Assembly: GCA_965649765.1 (NCBI GenBank)
Contig: OZ287750.1
Span: 103,602,001-103,666,000, forward strand
From: Bispira polyomma
Lineage: Eukaryota
Direction: 5' to 3'
Length of the DNA stretch: 64,000 nt
A model generated the notes under the pieces. That model was not told the origin of the DNA, ran no database searches, and saw nothing but the letters and a program-made list of their open reading frames with translations. Below are positions 1 to 11,491 of this stretch, piece after piece. The position numbers were made by a program, and so were the translations under genes. Positions within the stretch are counted from its first letter, which is position 1. Every line of letters starts with the position of its first letter.

Positions 1-11
1 AACCTGGAAAA

Positions 12-990
12 ATGGATCAAAATACTGTTGATATGTTGATTGGAAAGATCTCTGAAGTAATGAATAAAACACTTGAGGAGAAACTGGGACCAATAAAACA
101 AGACTTGCAAACAGTGAAAAACTCTATGGAATTTGCATTAGATGAAATTAAGAAGATTAGTGTAAATGAGGAGCGCTCAGAAGACAAAGGCAAAGCTATT
201 AGTCACTGTGAAGCTGGAATAGTACATTTGAAACATCAAAACAGGCTACTCGAAGAAAAAACTGTTAAGTTGGAAATGTATATGAGAAGACAGAATATGA
301 AACTTTGGGATATCCCTGAGGAAAGAAGTGAAAAGGTGGAAGAAAAAGTATTAAAGTTATTCTCAGTACAAGGTGTAAACCTGTCAGAATGGGATATCAT
401 CAGTGCACACTGATTGGGACCATTCAAAAGATAAAGGGACAAGATCAGTTATTGTGTGATTCGTCCATCCAAAGGACAAAGCATTGGTGATTTTGAAAGA
501 AAAAAATATTGTTCTTTCAGAAGACTATCCATCGTTGGTAGCTCAACATCGTAAGATTATTTTACCAATCTTTTTCAAAGCATTGGACAAGTATCGTCAT
601 TTGGGTCCTAAACTAAATGTTGATAAAGTTTTACTAGAAAACCATTGGTATAGAGTGCACAACCTGAACGAGATTCCAGAAGAAGACCTAAGACCTGAGA
701 ATGTATTCACAGTGGAAAAAGGGAGTCACAGCCTTCTTTACCAAGTCTTCTTGGTTTAGTAATCACAACACAGACTTCCCATTTACTTTGGAAGGTATTA
801 AGTTTGAAAGTGTGGAACAATACTTCATGTATAGAAGAGCTGTCCTTTTTTAAGGATATGGAAGCTGCAGAAGCCATTCTGTGGTGTTGGATTTTCCTTG
901 CGAAACCCGAAGGTATTTGATCCTACAAAGTGGAAGGGCAAAAATTTAATGGGGAAAGTTTTGGAACAGGTAAGACAAATGCTAAAGTAA
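12..990 (+). pseudogene. L1-type ORF1 (coiled coil + RRM/CTD) with a C-terminal NADAR/YbiA-like domain, disrupted
   Basis: Coiled coil then MRRQNMKLWDIPE, SAH*LG, RSVIV*F and LSEDYP motifs. After a frameshift: FFTKSSWFSNH..FPFTLEGIKFESVEQYFMYRRAVLF/KDMEAAEAIL and GVGFSLRNPKVFDPTKWKGKNLMGKVLEQVRQMLK*. Confidence 0.8.
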
Positions 991-1051
991 TGTTTCTCTG
1001 TGCATGAACATGAGGCTGAACAACAACTTTATGAAAAATTCAATGTTTTTT

Positions 1052-1520
1052 ATGCATTATATTTGGTATAGTGAGATATAATGGTCATATAATGTATCAG
1101 TTTCATCTCATTTAATGTTTTCTTTTGTTACGATAGCTTTTTGTGTATTTCATCATAGATGTACTAGACATATAATGTATCAGTTATATTTAAGTCAATG
1201 TTTTCTTTTGTGTTACTAAACCCAATGTTCTGTTTTGGTACACAAACCATGGTTTTGCTTTGATGCATTATATTTGGTATAGTGAGATATAGTCGTCATA
1301 TAATAATATTATATAACAGTTTCATCTCATATATTGTTCTCTTTTGTTACAAAAACTTTTTGTGTATTGTACTAGACATATAAGGTATCAGTTATATTTA
1401 TGTTAATGTTTTCTTTTGTGTATTGCATCATATATGTGCAAAACATAAGCCAACAAAATATTATACCCAGTAGTAGGATACTTAATCTAATGTTCTGTTT
1501 TGGTATACAAACCATGGTAT
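1052..1520. repeat. Diverged ~210-bp tandem duplication in the LINE inter-ORF spacer
   Basis: atgcattatatttggtatagtgagatata...caaaccatggt occurs from ~1052 and again from ~1263. Confidence 0.75.
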
Positions 1521-2872
1521 ATCGTCTTATATATGTGAAACTAGAAGGTGGTTTCACAATTTACCTGCCATACGTAAGGTTACCTAATAGTGATATAAGA
1601 GTATATAATAGGCTATTAAAAAAATTGTTTTTTCCAATCTAGCTAGGTGTCAGATATTCTGGAACTACATAGAAATATTAAGTGTTTATACATGGATATA
1701 TTCACAGAGGAGCACAAAGTTCCTCATAAAAACCCAGGTCATTTTGGTAGCAAAAATTAAGCATCAAGGAATTAGGCTGACTTGGCCTTTTTCCCAAAAT
1801 TCAGTTGATGATATTAACTCTTTTAAACAATTCAATACATTTATATGTCACCAAGACACATGTGCTGACCGAGTGATGTGTGGTATTGTGAATGGAGAGT
1901 TAAAATAAAAACTGAAGCCTATACCATTCATATTGATCAGTCTTTTAGGTGCAATACCTTTTTTGCACTTGTGAAAAACCTTGCCCTACCGGTGGACAAC
2001 TTGGTCTAATATGATTCAAATATGTCAGTTAGGGCCACCTTATATTTAATTCAATATTTTTATAAATAGGTTATCATGATGATCTCGTATATCTGTAACG
2101 AGTCTCCCTTATTAGAATTTTGAGTTGAAAAGATATAGAAATTTTACAGTCAGGGTCATAATGTTATTTTCATAGAACTCTACAAATAATATAGCCAAAT
2201 ACATGTATTATGACTTACCACAGATCTCCTCTGTTTGATATGTAATTCAAAAGATGTGACAAAAATGCCAGTTATGGTTATAGAACACTTGTTTCAAGAA
2301 CACAATTATATCTTGGTAGTCTTTAAATTACATCTTGGTGCTATTGTCTGCTGGCTGTTGTTACTTATGACAGGTATTTAGTTGTAATCAGATAACATAT
2401 TGTTGCCGTTAAATACATACAAATGAGTTATCCTTGTGAAACAAGTCCAGGTTATAAAGTGTGTGATAATTATGTCTAACATGTTGAAGCTGGTAGCTAT
2501 TACAAACTAATAATAATAATAAAAAACTAAATTAGTTACGCTTGTATGTTTTTGACAAACCCACAAGACTATGTTATGTCTGGTTTACATTTGACCAGCC
2601 AGTAACTTTGATGAATCACTCAATTTTTTGGCTTTGTATTTTTTTATTTTTTTGTACATTATGTATAGGATATGATTTCTTAAAACAAATGAAAAAGAAC
2701 AGTTTTATTCACATAGTTATGCAAGTTTACTGCTTAGAGGTTGTATTTGTTGTTAAAATGACCAATATAACCGTAACCTATTCATATGAATGTAGTTCAG
2801 TAATTGTATTTAGTCTCACTTTGAATTGTGTGAAGCGGTCAGATCAGAGCCCTATTAGAGGTCATTACATAT

Positions 2873-5800
2873 ATGCCTACTTTTGATACAGTGAAGGTGT
2901 TATCAGTAAACTGTCAAGGCTTACAAGATAAATCAAAAGAATAGATGTTTTAGAATACTTAAAAGACTTACATCCGTGTGTAATTTGCCTTCAGGACACA
3001 TATTTGGTACAAAAAGATGAAAAGACAGTTTGATCTGTCTGGAATGGTGAATGTATACTTAACGGCTATAATACAAATAGCAGAGGAGTTGCAGTTTTGA
3101 TTAACAATAACTTTGAATGTGAAATAAAGACAGTGTTTAAGGATACAAAAGGAAATCTATTTGTCATGGACTTAAAATAAAGCACATTTTCAATTTGAAT
3201 TTGGATATTTAACGTCCACTCTAGTACCCTTTAGTAGGTTATATTGGGACGGGTAGTTGGAAACGCTGGAGGAAACACTGCATACAGCCGGTCAAGGTTC
3301 TGCAGAGAAACCAGCAGCCCACAGTAAGGAACTACCACCTTTCCCACACAGGCATCGACGGGATTCGAACTCACGCCGCCCAGAGGTGAGAGACCAGTGA
3401 TTGTGAAGCAGCACATTTTCCATGCGTTTAATAAGCCTATATGCTCCAATTACGGACACCCCTGAATTTTTTAGGCAGGTGGCTGGATTTATTGAATCAA
3501 ATGATGAGCAATATACAGTTGTATGTGGAAATTTTAACTTATTGCTTGATCCACAAAAAGATTGTATGAACTACACGAGTATCAACAACCCAAGATCTCG
3601 TAGGGCTGTGTTGGAGATGATTCAAACTTTTGGGTTAACTGACTGTTATAGGTTAAATCATCCGAACAAGAGGCAATACACTTGGAGGAAAAAAAACCCA
3701 TTAAAACAGGCTAGGCTTGATTATTTTTTGGTGTCAAATGTCTTAACTGATATTATTCATAAATCTGACATTTTATCAGGATACAGAACTGACCATTCAA
3801 TTTTAGAACTGAACTTAATTTTAAACAAATTTGAAAAAGGAAGGGCTATCTGGGAATTTAATGTAAGCCTGTTGAAAAATGAGGATTATCTGAGCCTAAT
3901 TAATAAAGTAATAGAGGAAGAGAAAGCTCGATATGCAGTTCCAGTCTATAAATATGGTAATCTTGAACAAATACCAGATCAGGACTTATACTTTTCAATA
4001 AATGATGATACATTCCTTGAATGTTTGTTGCTCAGGATCCGAGAAGAAACTATTTGGTTCTTCACAATGTTGAAACATGAAACCTTAAAAATAGAAAACA
4101 AACTAAAACAGGAAATAGAATTTCTCGAGAATGAATGTACTCATAGCACTGATAATCAGGAACTTTTAGGGGAAAAAAGCATGAGTTAACAGAATTGAGA
4201 GAAACTCAACTAATTGGTCATATTGTAAGGTCAAGAATGCAATGGTTATCTGAAGGTGAAAGGCCAACTAGATACTTTTGTTCCCTGGAAAACAAAAAAT
4301 TTCTGGAGAAAACTATAAGACAAGTACAAGTACAAAATAATGTGACCTTACTTGACCAAAAGGGCATATTAGAAGAGGTCAAAAACTTTTACAGAAATTT
4401 GTTTAGCAATAGAGATTTAAACCTGGCTGACATTGACCTTGAATCATTGCTTAAAGATGCAAAACTAAATAAATTAGATGATAATCAAAATTTAGCCCTG
4501 GAGGGGCTCTTTTAAATATGAAGAACAATAAGACACCAGGCATCGATGGCTTACCTGCTGAGTTTTTAAAAGTCTTCTGGTTGAAGTTGAAATATTTTAT
4601 CTGGCGAAGTCATTAAATTGTAGTTTTAAGACAGGAGAATTGTCACTTTCTCTTAGACAATGTATAGTGACTTGTCTTCCAAAAGGCGATAAACCGTGAT
4701 AGTTTTTAAAAAATTGGATGCCATTATCACTTCTTTGTGTAATATATAAGCTTGCATCGGCATGTATTGCAAATAGAATTAAAAAATATTGACCACAATA
4801 ATTTAAAATACTCAAACATGGTTTCATAAGGAAAATTTAGGAAAGTACTAGACTAGTTTAGGATCTAATACACCATTGTGAAGTAAACAAAAAAATTGGA
4901 TTGTTGTTACTCATAGATTTTGAAAAGGCTTTTGACTCAATCTCTTGGAAATTTATGGATAATGTCCTTAAACGGTTCAATTTTGGTCAAGATATAATAA
5001 AATTGATCAATTTATTTAATCATAATATCAGTGCAGCAATTATACAGTGGGGGTGGCTTTCAGAATTTTTTGAAATCCAGAGAGGCTATCGCCAAGGAGA
5101 TCCAATCTCACCTTATCTGTCTATTATTTGTGCCGAGGTTCTGTGCAAATTAATACTAAATGACAAAAATATTAAGCGAATATTTATGGACGAATATGAA
5201 TATAAGTTGACACAGTTTGCTGATGTCACTACATTGTTTTTTGATGGATCTAGAGGCTCTCTGTTGGCTGCTTTAAATAAATTAGAAGTATTTGATTCCT
5301 TATCTGGCTTGAAGATCAATACTGAGAAAACAAAACTGATTTGGATCGGAAAAAAAACATAAATGTAAGGAAAAACTTAATATTGGCGAAACTTTGTGTT
5401 GGGATATGAATACTTTCCAATTATTAGGACTGGAATTTTCAGTAGATTTGATGGATATTATATCTATAAATTTCACTAAATGTCTACAAGAAATAGAAAA
5501 AACTCTGATAAACTGGAAAAAACGTTTGACTCCACTGAGTAAGATATCAATTGTCAAAACTTTTGTTCTAAGCAAACTAAACCATCTATTTATGTCACTT
5601 CCAACACCAGATATTAAATTAATAGAGAAAATAAATAAGTTAATTTTCAACTTTATATGGGACAATAAGCCTGACAAGGTAAATTTTATATCAAGGCAAT
5701 AAAGGCCACCTGGGTGAACAGAGTAATTTTTGATTCAGGAGCAAACTGGGTAAAATTATTTGGAAGCTCTGTAATGCCTACTAATAATATATGTCAGATG

Positions 5801-6824
5801 GGTTTGCAACGGCTTCAAAAAGTAGTTGCAGATGTGAAAAATCCATTTTGGACAAATGTCATACATTCTTGGTTATCACTATGTTACCTACTGAACCCAG
5901 AAACCTTTGAGGAAGAATTATCCAGTCCTCTCTGGTACAACCATAGATTAACAAGAACTCCTCTATTCTTCCCACATTGGTTTGAAAAGAATGTAATTTA
6001 CATAGGGGATATAGTGGACCTGAAGTCAAGAAAGGTACTAAATTTTGAAGACATAAAAGCTAAATTTGGCTTCATAAAAGTGAACTATCTCGAGTATTAT
6101 AGAATTAAATCTTTGGTAAGTAAGTATTTAAATGCATTAAAAAAGAATGACAATGAAAGCCCCTTTCTAAGGCCAGTCCATCCGTCTCATATAAGAATTT
6201 TCTCTAAAAATAATAAGGGCAGTAGAGGTCTAAATAAAGTTTTCAATTCTTCAAAAAAAAGTGTTCTTTAATGACAAATGGAATACAGATTTAAATCTTA
6301 ATATTGATATAGATAGTTGGAAGTTTGCATACAAAATTTGTTTTAAAACTGTGATAGATAATGCTTTAATTTTGCTGCAATACCGTATCCTAACAAGCCG
6401 TATAGGGGTTAGACATTTTCTGAAACAGATCAACATTTCGCCAAGTGCAAATTGTAGACTATGTAATTTAGAAGAATAATCAATTATTCACTTGTTTGCG
6501 AGATGTAATGTGTCAAATAAAATATGGAACCATATAACAACCTGGATTTTAAATGTTTTGAACATAAGAATCACTTTTACTGACTACTTTATTATAATGG
6601 GCTATCCCTATTTTGATCAAAACTTTATACCAGTTAATACAATAATATTAGTGACAAAATACTGCTTGTTTCAATATGCTAAATTAAATAAAAAAATATA
6701 TTTTAATATTATACAAAGGGTAATTAAAAGTATATATAAAGAGCAGGAAATGCTTGCTAAGATAAAATCAAAGTTTGCTCATTTCAGTAAAATATGCGAT
6801 AGATGGAAAATATTAATGGAATAA
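2873..6824 (+). pseudogene. L1/Tx1 ORF2: AP endonuclease, reverse transcriptase, zinc knuckle; disrupted
   Basis: VLSVNCQGL, ICLQDT, SRGVAVL, GNFN, ARLDYFLVS, TDHS (APE); IDFEKAFDS, RQGDPISP, QFADVT, SGLKINTEKT (RT); CRLC..H....C. Interrupted by a SINE and by a deletion near 5700. Confidence 0.93.
3192..3409 (-). mobile_element. tRNA-derived SINE, 5'-truncated, inserted in the LINE endonuclease
   Basis: TSD agcacattttc at 3181-3191 and 3410-3420; B box GTTCGAATCCC on the minus strand; near-identical to 15069-15331. Confidence 0.9.
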
Positions 6825-7040
6825 TAATGGTATTAAGGTGTGTTTTTTTGTTTGTTTTTTTCATACATTGACAAGTAGTGCTAAATGTGGTTACTTTATA
6901 TTATAAATATACTATGTGATAGTAAACTATATGTTAATTGTAACAGGTCAGTGTAGCTTTTTAATCCCTTTTCCTGCATTTGCCTGCAAAATAATTGTTA
7001 AAAAGGGGAACATTAAAAGAAATAAAATTATAAAAAAAAA

Positions 7041-8272
7041 GATTAGGTCCACCTTACAGTCTTCATTATCATTGGCAATCGCTAGATCTTACCGCATAAA
7101 ACACACTTTGTCTGCTTTTACACCAGCTTTTTACAATCCCCCCTCTAAATTATGTGACCTTCACCTCATTCCGACCTCACTTGTCAAGGAGTGTATTGAC
7201 ATACTCATAACTTCCATTACCAGCATTGTCAATTACTCACTCAAGGAAAGTAAACTGCTCCTGTCACTCCTTTACTCAAGAAACCCAGCCTCGACAGAAA
7301 CATCCTAAAGAATCTCAGATTTATTTCAAAACTCATTGAGAAGGTCGTGGCTAAACAGCTTAATGGATTCATCTTCCAAGAAGGTATTGCAAATGTTAAT
7401 CAATCCGCATACAGGAGCTCCCACCCCACAGTGATATAGCTACAACGGTGGACTCGGAAAAGGCAGTGGCCCTTACATTATTGGATCTCTCTGTAGCTTT
7501 TGACACCATCGATCACTCCATTTTATATGACTGTTTAACAGACTGGTTTTGGAATTGATGGGACTTGTTTGAAATTGATGTATTGCTGTGGATCAAATCC
7601 TACCTCCTAGACCGTAAACAAAAAATCCAAATTGGTAGCAGTTTTTCTGGGGTCTTTTTTCTCCCCTTCGATGTTCCCCAAGCTTCTGTCTTAGGTCCTC
7701 TGCTTTTTGCCCTGTACACTACCCCCCTCAGTCAAGTCATTTTAAAGTTTAATGTTACCCATCTCATATATGCTGATGACACACAGATGTACTTTGCACT
7801 GGACTCCAGGAACTTTGACTCGAGTATTGCAGAGCTCACTGATTGTTTAAAATGAGTCCAGGAGGATGGATGGATTGTGCAAAATTAAAACTCAACCTGC
7901 TAGTTTTCAAGGCTATTAATTATTCCCAACCTCCCTACCTATCTTCCTTAATCAAGTCCCACAGCCTCACACGTGGAAATAGACTATCTGTTTCACTTCA
8001 CCCTGAACAAAGAATTGGAAGGCGCAGCTTAGCTGTCGCTGTACTGGCAAAATGGAACAGGTTGCCACAAAATGTCAGATCCCAGCAGACACTATCAGGT
8101 TTTTGATGTTCAGACTGGCATATCCCCCACCTTAGTCACTTCCTGGTTGGCGCTCACTTAGTAATGACCTTGGCTTAATTATGGACAATCCCTTTTTGGA
8201 ATTCAGCGCATTAGAGGATTTGTACCAATTTTGGGCTATATAAATGCTTCTATTATTATTAATATTATTATC
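7041..8272 (+). mobile_element. L2/CR1-group LINE, 3' part, degenerate
   Basis: CDLHLIPTSLVKEC, VPQASVLGPLLF, YADDTQMY, KWNRLP; tail cagcgcattagag...ctatataaatgc(tat)n. Confidence 0.88.
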
Positions 8273-8527
8273 AAACTTTACCAGCACTTCAAAGGCACTA
8301 GGTAAACTGATAATCAGAATCTAAAAATCAAAATTGATGAAACAGAAAAAAGTCAACCAGAAATGATAAAATGATGAGGACAATTACGGAGGGATGGCAT
8401 TATAAAACACGTAGGTTTGACATATGCACAGGAAGGACAATATAGTTGGTTCTAATCTAATTCTAGTCCTTTTTAGGTGCCAAGTCTTCCCTTTCAGGAA
8501 CTTGTAGCGCGATAACAAACAACTGAA

Positions 8528-11030
8528 ATCATAATACAAGAGGGAAAGCTGTACATATCTGCATGTACCTAAATGTACCTATGATACATAATTATAATAT
8601 GAGAGGGGAAAGGTGTATATATTTACATGTATCTTTATGTACCTTTATGTAACCATGGTATATAATCAAAGTATGAGGGGGATAGCTGTATATATCTACA
8701 TGTACCTTTATGTACGTATGGTATTGTAACGGATCCGAGCGGTAAAATCCGTAACATTAACAAAAGTTTTCCAGTGAAGCCACTATGTGTACGTTTCAAA
8801 AGCACCACTGTTAATAACAGGAAGAGTGTCAATTCACCAAGATCAATCTACTCTCCCATGGGTTGAATTCACTCCACGTGAATTTAGATTGCATCCAAAT
8901 GACATCACTACACATAGATTTCACAATGCCATCATGCACGGTAACATTACTGACGCCAAATTTCACCATGCTACCAATTTAATCACTCCTGTACAGGTAT
9001 TTTTATACAAGAGCCCTCTGAGCTCTTAAGCTGGACGTGTCACCACTACGTGTACATTTTACAGTGGCACTCCAGATCCAAGGCGTTGACAGTCCCCATA
9101 CACCATCAGGAGAGTCAAAATCCTCTACATACAAGTCTCTTTGGACTTAAAAAGAGTACCTGCCTCTCTTTTATGAAATGGATTGATGAGATCAGTACTG
9201 AAAATAATGGATGAAAATGATGGAATTCACTTCTGAATGTCAAACTGATTGAAGAATAAACAACTTAATTATTCGCATGGTCCTGCTGTTGAGCTTGTAA
9301 TTATGAACTTATATCTATCTCTCATCTGCGGTCACTCCGGCTGGCATCACACGGCTGTCACTCCGGCTGTCTGCAAGAGAGAAGTTTACTTATTTAGGGT
9401 AGTGACTGGTGGGCTACAACATCCTGACTACTCAGCGGGTGGCGCCCTTGCTGGAATCAGCTCAGCTCTAGTCTTTTGGCTGCCTGTAACAACTTTAACT
9501 ATTCTGTATCGCCTGATGATCTGGCTGGGTTCAAAGGCTGCTACTTAGCTATGTGACATGGCCTGTTGGTTAGCTTCTTGACATGTCCCCCTGTGTGACC
9601 TTGGCAGGAGCGAATTCTTAAGTATTTCAAGAAGTAACCAACAGAAACAGTAAAAATGACAAGTAAACTATTTATTGTTCTTTTGAGACATTTGTGTACA
9701 TTAAGATAAGACAGTTATTTCATTAACATTCTTTACAATCAACCTGGAAAGAGTAACATGCAAGTTTAATTAAACAATTAATCAGGTGGGTTGGAAATTC
9801 CTAGGAACAGATTCTGGGATAATATTGAATACTGACTCTGGTATCATTTAGTTAAGCTTTGATCACAAATTTATAATGATCTTTGATCCCGGGATCATTA
9901 AAGTGATCTCGGATTCATGCTGATCTTTGACTCTGTGATCATTAACTTGATTCCGGATTCATGCTAAATCCTAAACCCCCAGACTTGGTTTTGCAACATT
10001 GACCCTTTAGTAGCCCTTGGCTCAGTCAACCACTCCGGGAGCCTTCCTGGGAGTTGCAGCGGTTGGTCACATACCAGCTCAATACTGAATGTATGGTAGT
10101 GATCATTTGCTGCTGTCCGGGAGCAGCTCCCGGAGCAGGCTTGTTAACTTGCTCCTGGAGTGGCTCTGGCTTTACCTTGCAGTTTATTTCTTCTTCTCCT
10201 TCTTCTTTTGCATGACCTTACCCGGTGAATTCAATTCTGAATTCTGTCTCTCTCTTAGTCAAGGAATCCTTATATAGAGGAAGTCACATGATCATTTGGG
10301 AAGAATCCAAATGTATGGAGGAAAAGGGTGACGGCCTTTACATTTCACACAAGGTCATAGACATACACTTTGAATTATAACCTTTTCTCGTATACAAATA
10401 AATAGTAACCATTATTTACTCACAACATATGAAAATTATAACAGTAAATACTATATGAGAGGTTGTAGCTTAATTTTTGTAACTCGAGATGATTGACTTT
10501 AAAACCTTTCACCCCTAATCAGTATTTACCTGCCGCCGAAAATTGTTAACCATAACCATGATGAAGAAACAATCAAATGCCATTTATAAGAGTTAATTGT
10601 AGTAAAAATGAAGACATAGAACGAAAGCTATAACAAAAACATGAGATTTAAAGCATTAAAAGTCAAAATTAATGGCCCAGGTTGTGTGTAATAGTAAAAA
10701 TACCCCATTTTCGCCCATACAGACGAAGGTGACACTAGTATTTCTAGAAACCTAATAAACAGCATTTTGCTAGATATAACAATAATTAAGTAAAAATTAA
10801 CAGTATTTACCTTCAATTTTGATGTGAATCTACTTATAGTATTTAATTTAATGATTTGAAATGATGAAAATGTATATTTAGTTTATTGCGAAAATCACGA
10901 TAAAAACGGGAGAGATGTTAAATCCTAAAACGGACTTAAGGTCCAACCGTAACAGTATATAATCATAGTATGAGGGGGATAGCTGTAGTTATTCACATGC
11001 ACCTATATGTATCTATGGTATATAATAATT
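8528..11030. repeat. ~65-bp minisatellite split by a solo LTR (units at 8528-8724 and 10955-11030)
   Basis: Unit like atataatcatagtatgagggggatagctgtatatatctacatgtacctttatgtacctatggt occurs on both sides of the insertion. Confidence 0.75.
8725..10954 (-). mobile_element. Solo LTR (Gypsy-like), 2230 bp
   Basis: TGTAACGG...CCGTAACA termini; 4-bp TSD gtat (8721-8724, 10955-10958); no recognisable coding remnant; minus-strand TATATAA near 10270-10276 and AATAAA near 9671-9676. Confidence 0.78.
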
Positions 11031-11491
11031 CTAGGCTTTATAGATGTAAATATGATCAATCTTTTAACAAAGCATGGGGCATATCTCTCCATTTGTTGGA
11101 TCCTTGTTTCCGGTTTTGTTTCTACATGTTGTGATGATGTGTAGTGGTGGTTTAGCGTGCACCAGCTAAGTACATTTAAAATTGGCGTCTCGTAAATTAT
11201 TCAATTTTTCGCTGCTGCCTCTGAGTTATGGTTTAAAAACCTCACACCTTTTCGTAAACTACTGGTTCTTTTATCTTATTATTATTCTGTCTGATTTATG
11301 GTCTTTTTAGTATTCCTCACCTAGTTGTTTAACCTTCTGCCATTATCGCTCACATTAAAGTTTTACGCATCTGTTTTTCTGCAAATTTAGCATTTCCTTT
11401 TCCTCTATGTGACTTTTTCTCACATATTTTTGTTACTACAACTGTTTTTACATAAAATATTTTACATTCTGCATTCTGATTCTGTCTACCT

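Larger units (their letters stand above)
1..7040 (+). mobile_element. L1/Tx1-clade non-LTR retrotransposon, degenerate; 5' end lies outside the window
   Basis: L1-type ORF1, long spacer, then ORF2 with APE, RT and C-terminal CCHC; AATAAA at 7021 and A-tail ending at 7040. Many stops and frameshifts. Confidence 0.9.
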
